Source: Bdellovibrionales bacterium (GTDB taxonomy: Bacteria; Bdellovibrionota; Bdellovibrionia; Bdellovibrionales; JAGQZY01). From it: a stretch of 23,765 nucleotides of DNA. The notes beneath the pieces are model-generated. The model ran no database searches. It was not told where the DNA came from and saw only the letters and a list, made by a program, of their open reading frames with translations. This document shows, in pieces, positions 7,279 to 17,376 of the stretch (the first letter of the stretch is position 1; the number at the start of each line of letters is the position of its first letter). Location of the stretch: the NCBI GenBank assembly GCA_031426555.1, contig JANPLN010000037.1, forward strand, positions 1 to 23,765. The letters run 5' to 3'. A program made the position numbers and the translations under genes.

Positions 7279-9572
7279 TACGCTTTGACCTTTTCGGGGG
7301 TCTTTTTGCTTTTTGGGGTGGGGGTGTCGAACTGGGCCTCGACTTTTTCCTCGCCCGTTGGGTCTTTTATTACCACGAAGTGCACGTGGCCGCCTTGTTT
7401 GAGGCGACCAAAAAGCAATTCGTCGGTGAGGAGGTCTTTGAGTTGTTTCTGAATGGTGCGGGCCATGGGGCGGGCGCCATACAGAGGATCGAAGCCTTTT
7501 TTCGCCAGCAATGCGTTCACCTCGGGAGCGATGTCCATGGTGACGGTTTTTTCTTTCAGCTGCTCTTTGAGTTCAAAGAGGAATTTCTCCACAACTTGTT
7601 TTATGATCTCTTCGTTGAGGCCGGCAAAATAAACGATGTCGTCCAAACGATTTAAAAATTCAGGAGCGAAGTGTTGCTTAATTGATTCTACAGAAACACT
7701 CACCTGCGTCTTTGCCGACAAGCCAATTTGCGACTTCAAAGCATCTTTGGCGCCGCAGTTGGTGGTCATTACAATGATGGCATTGCTAAAATGCGCCACT
7801 TGGCCGTGGGGATCTGTCAGCGTGCCGTTATCAAAAACCTGCAACAGTACATTGATCAGATCGGGATGGGCTTTTTCGATCTCGTCGAGTAGCAAAACGC
7901 AATAGGGTGTTTTTTGCACCGACGTTGTGAGGAGACCGCCCTCTTCGAAACCCACGTAGCCAGGAGGCGAGCCGATCAACCGGGCCACGGCATGTTTTTC
8001 CATGTATTCGCTCATATCAAAACGAATTAGTGGAATGCCTAAGTGATGGGCCAGCTGATTGCAGATTTCGGTTTTACCAACCCCCGTTGGACCGGCAAAT
8101 AAAAACGAACCGATGGGTTTGTTCTTTCGACCCAGGCCGACGCGATTGTTTTTAAGCGCATTCACCAAACTTTTGATGGCGTTGTCTTGCCCAAAGATTA
8201 ACGACTTCAAACGCAGTTCTAAGTTGCGCAGCTTTTCGTTTTCATCCGACGACACGGATTGCAGAGGAATCTGCGCCATTTTGGAAACCACTTTTTCCAC
8301 TACCGCGGTGCTAATGGACGGTTCTATATCCACATTGTGGGCTTTTTGCAGTCGCAAATAAGCACCGGCTTCGTCCATAATATCGATGGCTTTGTCGGGA
8401 AGTTTTCGGTCGTAAAGATGCTTGCTGGAAAGTTTAACGATATGTTGGAGTACATCGTCACTGTAGCTGACCTGGTGATAATCCTCGTAATTTTTTTTGA
8501 GGCCCTTTAAAATTTCAACCGTTTGCTCAAGTGTTGGCTCGTGAATATCAATGGTTTGAAAACGACGGGAGAGGGCGCGGTCTTTATCGAAGTGCTGGCG
8601 GAATTCTTTGTACGTGGTGGCACCAATGCAGCGAACTTTTCCTTTAGCCAAGTAAGGCTTTAATAAATTGGCTGCGTCTAATGAGTGTCCACTGGTGGAG
8701 CCTGCGCCCACAATAGAGTGGATCTCGTCGATAAATAAAATGGCAGATGGAATCTTTTCGAGTTCATTGAGCAAGGCCTTGATGCGCTCTTCAAAATCGC
8801 CGCGGTACTTAGAGCCCGCAAGCAGAGAGCCCATATCGAGATTGTAAACAACGGCATTCTCGAGCGGCGATGGCACCTTTTTTTGCACAATCTTTAAGGC
8901 AAGGCCATCGGCGATGGCCGTTTTTCCCACGCCGGGTTCGCCGAGCAGGAGGGGGTTGTTTTTAGTTCGTCGACAGAGCGTTTGCATCACTCGTTCCATA
9001 ACATCTTCGCGGCCCACCAATGGGTCGATTTTTCCGTTCTCGGCGAGAACATTTAAATTTACAGCAAACTGTTCCAAAGCGGATTTAGTTTTTGCCGCGG
9101 CGGTGTCGGAGGGCGCGTCGCCCGTTTTGATATTTATAGTTAAAGCTTTTCTGAGATTATGAGTTACGTGACGAATAATATTTACTTGCTCGAGTTCGTA
9201 CTTCTTCAAAAAAAACACAGCATGCGACTGTTCTTCCTCAAACATGGCAATCAAAAGGTTTTCCACTTGCACTTGTGTTTTGCCGGCGCTTTGCACCTGA
9301 ATGATACAGCGTTGAAGCAGGCGATGGGACGCCAGCGTGAATTCAGGATTTTTTTTCGGTTTGTCCACGTGGGTGAGCTTGAGATTCATAAACTCCACAA
9401 GATCGTTGGTGAGCTTTTCTTGCGGGACCTGAAAGTGCTGCAACACCTGCTGAATCACCGGCTGTTGCATCAACGACAACATCAAATGTTCCAAGGTCAC
9501 AAATTCGTTTTTGTACTGGTGACAGTAATGGATCGCCTGATTTAAAACGTGCTCAACTTGTGGGCTTAGCAT
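7278..9572 (-). CDS. clpA: ATP-dependent Clp protease ATP-binding subunit ClpA
   Basis: Two AAA+ modules ([15 protein letters not shown] and [16 protein letters not shown]), IGL loop, no long middle domain, directly downstream of clpS. Confidence 0.95.
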   Translation of the reverse strand: MLSPQVEHVLNQAIHYCHQYKNEFVTLEHLMLSLMQQPVIQQVLQHFQVPQEKLTNDLVEFMNLKLTHVDKPKKNPEFTLASHRLLQRCIIQVQSAGKTQVQVENLLIAMFEEEQSHAVFFLKKYELEQVNIIRHVTHNLRKALTINIKTGDAPSDTAAAKTKSALEQFAVNLNVLAENGKIDPLVGREDVMERVMQTLCRRTKNNPLLLGEPGVGKTAIADGLALKIVQKKVPSPLENAVVYNLDMGSLLAGSKYRGDFEERIKALLNELEKIPSAILFIDEIHSIVGAGSTSGHSLDAANLLKPYLAKGKVRCIGATTYKEFRQHFDKDRALSRRFQTIDIHEPTLEQTVEILKGLKKNYEDYHQVSYSDDVLQHIVKLSSKHLYDRKLPDKAIDIMDEAGAYLRLQKAHNVDIEPSISTAVVEKVVSKMAQIPLQSVSSDENEKLRNLELRLKSLIFGQDNAIKSLVNALKNNRVGLGRKNKPIGSFLFAGPTGVGKTEICNQLAHHLGIPLIRFDMSEYMEKHAVARLIGSPPGYVGFEEGGLLTTSVQKTPYCVLLLDEIEKAHPDLINVLLQVFDNGTLTDPHGQVAHFSNAIIVMTTNCGAKDALKSQIGLSAKTQVSVSVESIKQHFAPEFLNRLDDIVYFAGLNEEIIKQVVEKFLFELKEQLKEKTVTMDIAPEVNALLAKKGFDPLYGARPMARTIQKQLKDLLTDELLFGRLKQGGHVHFVVIKDPTGEEKVEAQFDTPTPKSKKTPEKVKA

Positions 9573-9573
9573 G

Positions 9574-9912
9574 TTAGGACTCCTTTTCTATGACCGATTG
9601 CAGAGGGTGCTTGTTCTGTTGGGCGTACGTGTTCACAATGTGCATCTTGGTTTCGGCGGTTTCAAAATTAAAAACCCCGGCAATTCCTCGACCGTCTTTA
9701 TGCACTTGTAACATAATGTTTTCGGCCTCTTCCTTGGTCTTTTGAAAAAACTTTTGCAAAATATGCGTCACAAAATCCATGGGTGTGTAATCGTCGTTGA
9801 GCAAAAGGACTTTGTAGAGAGCCGGCTCTTGAGTTTTGACCCTGTCTAAAACCTGCGTCGATCCTTGATTGTTGTCTTGAGTGTCGTCTTGATTATTAAC
9901 TTGTTGGCTCAT
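9574..9912 (-). CDS. clpS: N-degron adaptor ClpS
   Basis: Motifs YKVLLLNDDYTPMDFV, MLQVHKDG and AETK...HPL. The likely start is ATG 9912 (MSQQ); the upstream extension in the ORF track is not ClpS-like. Confidence 0.95.
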   Translation of the reverse strand: MSQQVNNQDDTQDNNQGSTQVLDRVKTQEPALYKVLLLNDDYTPMDFVTHILQKFFQKTKEEAENIMLQVHKDGRGIAGVFNFETAETKMHIVNTYAQQNKHPLQSVIEKES

Positions 9913-10152
9913 TCCTAGAATGTAACAAATTTTTGCTTCATTGTATCGAAAATAGACATTTCGTTGGTTCATTGGCGCGGCTAGACCATTGGCGGGACGC
10001 CCAAAAAAGAGAACGAGACGAAAAAAATGCCGAGCGAGACACAAAATAAAGTTAATTTTATTTTTATCTCATTGAAGTTGTTTTGATTTTTGCTAACCTG
10101 ATCGTGCATAAAAACAAAAAAAGAACCAAGACGGTTTTTAAACGGAGGACGT

Positions 10153-10776
10153 ATGTTAAAAAATAATAAAGGTTTCTCGCTCATCGAGCTGATGGTGGTT
10201 GTGGCCATTATCGGAATTCTAGCGAGCTTTGCAATTCCGCAGTACGCGAGCTTTCAATCGCGCGCACGCCAAAAAGAAGGGCAGACATTGCTAGGGTCGT
10301 ATTTCACTGCAATGAAATCAACAGAAGCGGATGGCGGCGTACTTTGGGCCAATTTCGTGACTGCGGGTTTTGCCCCAACTGGTCAATTACACTATCGCAT
10401 CGATACTGCAGGACAAGCCATTCCTCTTGGGGGTGCTTATCCGGCAAACGGAGCTCCTTTTCTTGCAGCTTGTATCACTACGGGGCCTAACGCTCCTGCA
10501 CCGCCTACGTGCAACGCTGCTACTTCATCGTGGACAGGTACAGCCGTTGTTGCTGCCGGTCCGTATGTAGCACAGTGGCAAGAAGTTGCTCCCGTGGGTT
10601 CGTTTTATCCTGCAGCCGGAGTTGCAGCTTGCGCTCGGTTGTCGGCTACAGCAGTTCTTGCGACTTTCAGAGCTTGTGCCGGCGCTGTCATTCGCAGTAA
10701 CGGTGCCGCGGATATCGACACTTGGTCCATTACTGAGACCAAAACGTTGCTCAACGTAAACAGTGGTGTGAACTAA
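10153..10776 (+). CDS. pilA: Type IVa major pilin
   Basis: Class III signal [26 protein letters not shown] with Glu+5, GGAGG SD, and an Ala/Gly/Pro-rich variable region with 4 Cys. Confidence 0.88.
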   Translation: MLKNNKGFSLIELMVVVAIIGILASFAIPQYASFQSRARQKEGQTLLGSYFTAMKSTEADGGVLWANFVTAGFAPTGQLHYRIDTAGQAIPLGGAYPANGAPFLAACITTGPNAPAPPTCNAATSSWTGTAVVAAGPYVAQWQEVAPVGSFYPAAGVAACARLSATAVLATFRACAGAVIRSNGAADIDTWSITETKTLLNVNSGVN

Positions 10777-10785
10777 TATTTTTTT

Positions 10786-10820
10786 GGACGGCGCTATTTA
10801 TTTAGCGTCGTCTTAATCTT
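10786..10820 (+). terminator. Hairpin/terminator after the pilin gene
   Basis: GACGGCGCTA-TTTATT-TAGCGTCGTC stem (one G-U pair) followed by a T-rich tract. Confidence 0.6.
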
Positions 10821-10823
10821 TCT

Positions 10824-11558
10824 ATGATGATTATCAAATCTTATTTTTCATTAAGCCTCCTGCTCTTAGTGTGTGTTCTGCTGCAATGGAACTCAGTTTC
10901 CGTGCAGGCGAAGCCTCAGTTTCTGCGACCTCCTGAAGCCATAAAATATTTCACCCTCGGCTACCACGATATGTTCGCCAGTGTTTTGTGGATACGGGCT
11001 TTACAAAACTTTGATTACTGTGAGGGTGGCAAATACTCAGATGCCGACTACGTTCCGCCGTTAGCAGACGCAAAAAACAAACTCCAGGGTGTGTTGCTGC
11101 GTAAACTGAAGGCATCTAAGTGCGACAAGGGCTGGGTCTACAGCATGCTGAACGTGCTCACAGAAATTCAACCAAAGTTCAAAATTGCCTACGACGTTGG
11201 AGCGCCTTTTTTAAGTGTCGCGGTGGATGACCGCGAGGGCGCACGTTTGATGTTTGAAAAAGGTCTTAAACAATACCCGGAAGATTGGCGTTTATCCTAC
11301 GCAGCTGGCTACCACTACCTTTGGGAGATGCAGGATCCTGATCGATCGGTGGCGCTCCTGTTCCAATCTTTGAAAAGTGGAGGGCCAGCCTACCTACCGT
11401 CACTTATTGCCGGCCTGTATACAGAATTAGGGCAGGCCCAGTATGCCTATGAAATTTTGGTCGACGCCCTTAAAAAGGGTCCACCAAAAGAAGTGGAAGA
11501 GCGGATCAAAAATCGACTCAAAGAAGTAGAAGCCGTGCTTAAGGCGAATAAAAAATAG
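10824..11558 (+). CDS. Pilin-associated membrane-anchored/secreted TPR-like protein
   Basis: N-terminal hydrophobic segment and TPR-like helices (ARLMFEKGLKQYPEDWRLSYAAGYHY). Located directly after the pilin gene. Confidence 0.6.
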   Translation: MMIIKSYFSLSLLLLVCVLLQWNSVSVQAKPQFLRPPEAIKYFTLGYHDMFASVLWIRALQNFDYCEGGKYSDADYVPPLADAKNKLQGVLLRKLKASKCDKGWVYSMLNVLTEIQPKFKIAYDVGAPFLSVAVDDREGARLMFEKGLKQYPEDWRLSYAAGYHYLWEMQDPDRSVALLFQSLKSGGPAYLPSLIAGLYTELGQAQYAYEILVDALKKGPPKEVEERIKNRLKEVEAVLKANKK

Positions 11559-11613
11559 AGCTCTCAATAATTCACCTTGACCATTTTGCGTTTAGACTCA
11601 ATTTTAGCGAGTC

Positions 11614-12720
11614 ATGTCACAAGATTATTATCAAACCTTAGGTGTAGATCGAAACTCGTCTGCGGACGAGATTAAAAAGGCTTATCGCAAGCTGGCCATG
11701 AAATATCATCCGGACAAAAACCCCGGGGATAAGGCCGCTGAAGATAAATTTAAAGAGGCGTCTGAAGCCTACAGTGTCCTCAGCGATGCTGATAAAAAAA
11801 GCAGATACGATCGCTTTGGCCATGCTGGCGTTCAAGGACCTGGCGGCGGTGGATATAATCAGGGCTTCGATAATGTGGAAGATATATTCTCGAGCTTTTC
11901 CGATATTTTTGGCGATTTTTTTGGCGGCAACATGGGCGGCGCTCGGCGCGGCGGCGGATCGCGTCAACGGCGCGGGGCCGATTTGCGTTATATGCTCGAA
12001 GTGAACCTGGCTGAGGTGATTTCGGGCGCCGAAAAGGAATTGGAATTTGATTCCGAAAAATCCTGCGGGGTTTGCTCGGGAAATGGCTCCGAACCCGGCA
12101 AGCAGCCGGAAGTTTGTCCCACTTGCGGTGGCACTGGTCAGGTTGTGAGCTCCCAGGGATTTTTCTCGGTGGCCACCTCGTGTCCGGCGTGCCGAGGCAA
12201 CGGAAAACTCATCCGCCATCCTTGCAAGTCTTGCAAAGGCAAAGGGCGCACCATGGAGGATCGCAAAATTCGCGTCACCATTCCCAAGGGCGTGGCCACG
12301 GGGACTCGCTTGCGAATTTCTGGTGAAGGTGAGGGCGGCTACATGGGCGGTCCTTCCGGCGATCTCTATGTTGAAATTCGCGTGCGCGATGACGCTCGTT
12401 ATGAGCGCCAGGGCGACGATCTGTATGGAGCCCTCGAAATTTCCTATGTGCAGGCTCTTTTAGGTGCTGAGGTCGAAGTCGACACCATGGACGGTCGCAA
12501 AAAAATCACTGTTCCTCCGGGCACGTCCCAGGGGCAACTCTTAAAAATGAAGGGTTTAGGCATCCCGCACATTCGCGGTGGAAACCGCGGCGATCTTTGT
12601 TGGGGCATTAAGATTTTAATACCCAAAAAGCTCAGCAAGGATGAGGAGAAGCTTTTGCGCGAGATCGCCAAGAGTCGCGATGAGGCTGTGCTCGATAAGA
12701 AGGGCTTTTTTGGGGCCTAA
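11614..12720 (+). CDS. dnaJ: Molecular chaperone DnaJ
   Basis: J domain with HPD, a G/F-rich region and four CxxCxGxG repeats. Confidence 0.97.
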   Translation: MSQDYYQTLGVDRNSSADEIKKAYRKLAMKYHPDKNPGDKAAEDKFKEASEAYSVLSDADKKSRYDRFGHAGVQGPGGGGYNQGFDNVEDIFSSFSDIFGDFFGGNMGGARRGGGSRQRRGADLRYMLEVNLAEVISGAEKELEFDSEKSCGVCSGNGSEPGKQPEVCPTCGGTGQVVSSQGFFSVATSCPACRGNGKLIRHPCKSCKGKGRTMEDRKIRVTIPKGVATGTRLRISGEGEGGYMGGPSGDLYVEIRVRDDARYERQGDDLYGALEISYVQALLGAEVEVDTMDGRKKITVPPGTSQGQLLKMKGLGIPHIRGGNRGDLCWGIKILIPKKLSKDEEKLLREIAKSRDEAVLDKKGFFGA

Positions 12721-12732
12721 CGGTTAGTGGAC

Positions 12733-12760
12733 CTTGACGGCAGCAATTGGGCCACCATAT
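12733..12760 (+). promoter_or_regulatory. Sigma-32 (RpoH)-like heat-shock promoter of dnaK
   Basis: CTTGAC-N14-CACCATAT versus the consensus CTTGAA-N13-17-CCCCATNT, followed by an AAGGAG SD. Confidence 0.6.
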
Positions 12761-12790
12761 TTAGTTTGTAAATCATGAAGGAGACATCAA

Positions 12791-14713
12791 ATGGGTAAAA
12801 TTATCGGAATCGACTTAGGAACAACTAACTCCTGCGTATCTGTAATGGAGGGCGGCGAAGCCAAAGTTCTGGTGAACGAAGAGGGAGCGCGAACGACGCC
12901 TTCAATTCTTGCGTTCAAAGACGGTGACCGTCTTGTTGGGCAAATTGCAAAGCGCCAGGCTGTCACCAATCCTACAAATACTATTTATTCGGCAAAACGT
13001 TTTATCGGCCGTCGTTTTCAGGAAGTTCAAGAAGAGATCAAAAAAGTTCCTTACACGGTTGTGCAAAAAGGCAATGATATTGGTTTTCAGGTGATGGAAA
13101 AGGGTCAGCAGAAAACTGTTTCTGCCGAAGAAGTGGCAGCAACGGTTCTCGCAAAACTTAAAAAAGTAGCCGAAGACTATTTGGGTCAAGAAGTGACCGA
13201 AGCAGTTGTTACGGTTCCTGCGTACTTTAACGATGCGCAACGACAAGCGACCAAAGATGCGGGCCGCATTGCCGGCCTCGATGTAAAGCGCATTATCAAC
13301 GAGCCCACAGCGGCCGCTTTGGCCTACGGTTTTGATAAAAAACAAGAGCAAAAAATCGTCGTTTACGATTTGGGTGGCGGAACGTTTGATGTTTCGGTTC
13401 TCGAAGTGGGCGACAGTATTGTGGAAGTTAAATCCACCAACGGCGATACGCACTTGGGTGGCGATAACTTTGATGAAGTGATTTTGGATTGGATGATCGA
13501 AGAATTTAAAAAAGACCAAGGCGTCGATTTGAAAAACGACAAAATGGCTCTTCAGCGCCTCAAAGAGGGCGCCGAAAAAGCGAAGATCGAACTCAGTTCT
13601 TCCATGGAAACCGAAATCAATCTTCCGTTTATTACGGCAGATGCAACGGGTCCAAAACATTTAATGATGAAAATTTCGCGCGCTAAGTTTGATCAGCTAA
13701 CAGACAAATTGGTGCAGAGAACTCTTGAGCCATGCAAAAAAGCCATGGCAGATTCTGGTTGGACAACCAACGATATCGACGAAGTGATTTTGGTTGGTGG
13801 ATCAACGCGGATTCCGGCTGTGCAAAAAGCAGTAAAGGATTTCTTTGGCAAAGAACCAAACCGTTCAGTGAACCCTGATGAAGTTGTGGCCATGGGTGCT
13901 GCGATTCAAGGTGGAGTTCTGGCCGGCGACGTGAAAGATGTTCTTCTTTTAGATGTAACGCCTCTCTCTCTCGGTTTAGAAACTTTGGGCGGCGTGATGA
14001 CTCGTTTGATCGAGCGCAATACGACAATTCCTGTAAAGAGATCGCAGGTGTTCTCGACAGCCTCCGACAATCAGACCAGTGTTGAAGTGCATGTGCTCCA
14101 AGGCGAACGTGAAATGGCCTCGGGCAACAAATCACTGGGACGTTTTGAACTTGTGGGAATGCCACCGGCACCCCGCGGAGTTCCGCAAATCGAAGTGACT
14201 TTTGATATCGATGCTAACGGGATTTTGAATGTGTCTGCAAAAGATATGGGCACAGGTAAAGAGCAGGCGATCCAAATCAAAGCGCGCTCTGGTTTGACTG
14301 AAGAAGAAATCCAAAACATGGTGAAAGATGCCGAGATGAATGCCGAGGCGGATAAGCAGAAAAAAGAAGTGATCACTTCCAAAAACGAACTCGACAATAT
14401 GATTTATCAAACGGAGAAGTTGATCAAAGACAACGAAGCCAAGCTTCCTGCGGATGATGTGAAGGCCGCGCAAACTGAACTGGAAGAATCTAAAAAGTTA
14501 GTTTCTAAAGGAACAGATGCACCGTTAAACGATTTAAAAGCCCAGTTTGAAAAGCTGCAAACCATTACACAAAAAATGAGCGCAGAACTTTACAAGCAGG
14601 CACCGCCTCCCGGCGCAGCAGGAGCTGATGCCACACAAGCCTCAGATGCCCCCGGCGACGCCCCCAAAGGCGGCGACGACGTCATCGACGCCGACTACAA
14701 AGACGTCAACTAA
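12791..14713 (+). CDS. dnaK: Molecular chaperone DnaK (Hsp70)
   Basis: Motifs [18 protein letters not shown] and [13 protein letters not shown], with C-terminal [10 protein letters not shown]. Confidence 0.99.
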   Translation: MGKIIGIDLGTTNSCVSVMEGGEAKVLVNEEGARTTPSILAFKDGDRLVGQIAKRQAVTNPTNTIYSAKRFIGRRFQEVQEEIKKVPYTVVQKGNDIGFQVMEKGQQKTVSAEEVAATVLAKLKKVAEDYLGQEVTEAVVTVPAYFNDAQRQATKDAGRIAGLDVKRIINEPTAAALAYGFDKKQEQKIVVYDLGGGTFDVSVLEVGDSIVEVKSTNGDTHLGGDNFDEVILDWMIEEFKKDQGVDLKNDKMALQRLKEGAEKAKIELSSSMETEINLPFITADATGPKHLMMKISRAKFDQLTDKLVQRTLEPCKKAMADSGWTTNDIDEVILVGGSTRIPAVQKAVKDFFGKEPNRSVNPDEVVAMGAAIQGGVLAGDVKDVLLLDVTPLSLGLETLGGVMTRLIERNTTIPVKRSQVFSTASDNQTSVEVHVLQGEREMASGNKSLGRFELVGMPPAPRGVPQIEVTFDIDANGILNVSAKDMGTGKEQAIQIKARSGLTEEEIQNMVKDAEMNAEADKQKKEVITSKNELDNMIYQTEKLIKDNEAKLPADDVKAAQTELEESKKLVSKGTDAPLNDLKAQFEKLQTITQKMSAELYKQAPPPGAAGADATQASDAPGDAPKGGDDVIDADYKDVN

Positions 14714-14732
14714 AAGGTACCAAGTACCTTTT
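14712..14732. repeat. Minimal REP-like palindrome
   Basis: AAAAGGTAC-CAA-GTACCTTTT, with perfect 9-bp arms overlapping the dnaK TAA. It has the same terminal motif as the other repeats. Confidence 0.75.
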
Positions 14733-14752
14733 CCGGCAACGTATTCGAATTG

Positions 14753-14785
14753 AGGATGAATAGGGATCTATTCATCCTTTTTTTT
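14753..14785 (+). terminator. Intrinsic terminator of dnaK
   Basis: AGGATGAATAG-GGAT-CTATTCATCCT, an 11-bp perfect stem followed by a run of T. Confidence 0.9.
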
Positions 14786-14804
14786 ATGTGGGTGACCTCG
14801 AGGA

Positions 14805-15401
14805 TTGCAATACTCTCGAATATGCCTCTGTTTAGAAGTTCTTCTTGTTTTAACAAACGAATACGGCTGCAAAATTTTACAGTTAGTTTTAATGTCAAAT
14901 CACTATCATCTGGTTATTCATACGCCTCAAAAAAATCTGAGTACATGTATGCTTTATTTCCATCGGGAGGTTGCCAAACGCGCAAATTTTGAGTCCGAAC
15001 GGATCAATCACTTTTTTGGCGGGAGATACAAATGGTGTGTGATCTCACAAGAGAACCATTTTTTTAATACCGTTAAATATGTTTTTCGAAATCCGGTGGA
15101 GGCGGGAATCTGCTTTAAAGTTGAGGATTACGCCTACTCTTCTTTAAAATATAGACACGCGCTTTTTCAATTGTCAGATTTCTTCTACGACCAAACAAAA
15201 ACCCTCGAGGTCGACTTAGCTTGGCTAAATCATGGATTTCATTCGCCGCAAAAAGAAGCAATTAAAGTGGCATTGAAAAAGCGGTACTTCAAAATTCCCA
15301 AGGATCAAAATCGAGAGACCGTGATCCTCGAGCCATCTCCGATTATTAGAAAAGATTATAACGCTTTGCCGCCGGTAAAGGTACTTGCAAGGGGACTCTA
15401 G
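14805..15401 (+). mobile_element. REP-associated tyrosine transposase (RAYT-like, Y1/HUH), probably 5'-truncated
   Basis: VLMSNHYHLV (HUH), HFFGGRY, KYVFRNPVEAG (catalytic Tyr) and YAYSS motifs. An in-frame TGA lies at 14793 and no N-terminal YHV-type strand is seen. Flanked by AAGGTAC repeats. Confidence 0.85.
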
Positions 15402-15452
15402 CGCCTACGGCGCTCGTTCACGAGCGAAGCTCGTTCCGGTCCCGTACCTTTT
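15377..15452 (+). repeat. REP-like structured repeat, copy A
   Basis: Terminal IR AAAGGTAC/GTACCTTT. A GGGAC/GTCCC stem encloses the hairpins GCGCC-TAC-GGCGC and ACGAGC-GAA-GCTCGT. Confidence 0.85.
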
Positions 15453-16053
15453 AGAAGTCGTAGGCGGCGCCGATGCTGAGGCTGCTGAAGGATTTGCTGA
15501 GCTCGAGGCCGAGTTCCGCAACAGCATGACATACTTTGTGATCGGGGTGAGTCCACTCGGTTCCGAGGGCCAAGCGCGACGAAAAGAACGTGTCGTCTTT
15601 ATTGGAATTCATCGCGATGGGAAGTCCTAGGTAAGGAACAATGCGCCCGTATTTGGTCTCGATGCCCTTACTGATAAAAGGCATGGCGGTAATGCTGGTT
15701 TGTGAGTACGCATCCGTGTCGATGTAGCTAATTCCGCCGCGTACACCGATGGCTGGTTGTTTTTCGTAATCGGGAATGGGAACCCATTTTAAAAAGGCGC
15801 CGAGCATGACATCCAATTCGCCGGTACCGATTTCGAAGTCAGTTTGCAGTTCGTCATTGAGTCCATACGTAAGGCGGGCATTAAGGTTGAGTCCGTCGAT
15901 GGGATTGTCAAAAATACTTTCTAAATAAGGCAATACCTGAAAGGTTTCTGGTTGGAGCAGATCACCACTGGTCATTAGACTTTGGTAAGCACTTGCGCTG
16001 AAGGAACTACATAAAATAAGGACAACTATCAATTTTTTCATAAACTTATTCAT
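15451..16053 (-). CDS. Probable outer-membrane beta-barrel protein
   Basis: Signal peptide MKKLIVVLILCSSFSASA, alternating beta-strand pattern and C-terminal AYDF. Start at 16053 (GGGAG SD) or 16041. Confidence 0.65.
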   Translation of the reverse strand: MNKFMKKLIVVLILCSSFSASAYQSLMTSGDLLQPETFQVLPYLESIFDNPIDGLNLNARLTYGLNDELQTDFEIGTGELDVMLGAFLKWVPIPDYEKQPAIGVRGGISYIDTDAYSQTSITAMPFISKGIETKYGRIVPYLGLPIAMNSNKDDTFFSSRLALGTEWTHPDHKVCHAVAELGLELSKSFSSLSIGAAYDF

Positions 16054-16125
16054 AACCACTCTCCCTGACTCGACCATTGTAGTGGGACGAGTTGCAAAAA
16101 TAAAGTCTATTCTCTGAATCCGTCT

Positions 16126-16152
16126 TAATTTGCCCCTCAATGAAACCGATAG
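16126..16152 (+). promoter_or_regulatory. Sigma-28 (FliA)-like promoter
   Basis: TAAT-N15-ACCGATAG versus the consensus TAAA-N15-GCCGATAA. The ATG follows 6 nt later. Confidence 0.5.
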
Positions 16153-16158
16153 AGAACT

Positions 16159-17376
16159 ATGGTGTTGAGAGTCAATTTTGTATTATTATTGCTGTTGTTT
16201 TCGACATCTTCTTTTGCGGAGAACTGTCTGTGTCCGCAATTCCAATGTGAGCCTTGTCAGCGTCTGATTCTGTTGGGTGTGGAAGACGTCAAGTGTGGAG
16301 CCACTGGTAAGGGCTCGTGCAATAAATATATTTGCGAAAACGTGGACAATTTTTTCCAGTGTTTAGCTGGCGAAAGTCCGGTGCATGCATCTCCTAAAGA
16401 TTTTATGAGTCGATTGACCGAACCACAAGATCCCGCCGAAAAAAAACCTCAAGCCATCGATTTTAAAAAAATTTCCGAGACGGCTGAGATCAATTTACAA
16501 AATGACGAGGTCGCCCCCGCAGTTAAAAAACAAGTTTCGCCAAAAATAAAAGACGAGCCCGTGCGCACTCTCGCTTCCATGCTGCCAAAGCCTCAGCCGA
16601 TTTCCTTTCAAGTCACTTCGGTGTATGGAAAAGTGGAAATCAATCGTAAGAATTTAAAAAAACCAGTGCCTGTTCAATCCTCGTTTTCGATAAAAGCCCG
16701 CGACAAAAGTGAAATCAGCATTGCCGGCGCTAAAAGTCATTTTACAGTAAAGATGACAGCAGGCAGTGAGTGGTCGGCGCGCACGGACGACGACGTCTTG
16801 TGGTTGGATTTAAAGAAAGGCGACATTGTTGTCTCTCTCAAAAAAACACAACTTGTGCATGCCGTGGATGCAGGATTGTGGCGCTTGGCGAAGCGCGAAG
16901 GTGTGTTTGGCGTAAGTGTGCAGCAAAATGTCTATAGCATTCTTAACGACGAGGGACCCGGCTACTTGCGGCGCAATGAGTTGATATCCACAGCTCAGTT
17001 GATAGAGCCCAAAAAATTAATCCAACTAAGTTCAGACGATGGAATTTTGGCAGTGAAGGACACTCAGCAAGCACCAGCGGCGAAGAACCGGTTTGAAATG
17101 CCAATAAATAGGCAGTCCAGCCACCGAGGGGTGGCCAGCAGTGAAAAATCCAGTCAAGAACTGTGTGCTTTGCCAGCAGGTCATTTTGAAAGTTGCGCCT
17201 GGAAATGTTTTGGCTCCAGTGGAAAAGGTAATGCAAAAGATAAAAAGTGTGGACAAGCTAAGAACTCGCAATGTATTCGATTTACATGCTCAGCGGATGG
17301 GCTTTGGAAGTTGCCGACCACGGCCACTCCCACGGAATGTGCCGCAGATACAGTGAGGGTTGGAGTGTGTCAGTAA
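16159..17376 (+). CDS. Secreted protein with two 8-Cys domains flanking a FecR-like beta domain
   Basis: Signal peptide, 8 Cys near each end, central GKVEI...LDLKKGDI...GVFGV pattern, and RTLAS/RGVAS linkers. Confidence 0.6.
   Translation: MVLRVNFVLLLLLFSTSSFAENCLCPQFQCEPCQRLILLGVEDVKCGATGKGSCNKYICENVDNFFQCLAGESPVHASPKDFMSRLTEPQDPAEKKPQAIDFKKISETAEINLQNDEVAPAVKKQVSPKIKDEPVRTLASMLPKPQPISFQVTSVYGKVEINRKNLKKPVPVQSSFSIKARDKSEISIAGAKSHFTVKMTAGSEWSARTDDDVLWLDLKKGDIVVSLKKTQLVHAVDAGLWRLAKREGVFGVSVQQNVYSILNDEGPGYLRRNELISTAQLIEPKKLIQLSSDDGILAVKDTQQAPAAKNRFEMPINRQSSHRGVASSEKSSQELCALPAGHFESCAWKCFGSSGKGNAKDKKCGQAKNSQCIRFTCSADGLWKLPTTATPTECAADTVRVGVCQ

Noticed and set aside
7185..7655. 156-aa plus-strand ORF starting MCPYLA, like the extended htpX ORF
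   Set aside because: The shared start is an artefact of the palindrome arms, and the rest is antisense to clpA.
9913..10152. Sigma-54 promoter for the pilin gene
   Set aside because: TGGC motifs are present, but none has a GC at the required -12 spacing.
12902..13660. 252-aa antisense ORF within dnaK (and similar shadows in dnaJ, clpA and the kinase)
   Set aside because: These are typical antisense shadow frames of conserved genes, with no motifs or translation signals.
14805..15401. IS200/IS605 element with TnpB
   Set aside because: No tnpB follows. The length and the RNPVxAG/YSS C-terminal motifs fit RAYT-type proteins rather than the short IS200 TnpA.
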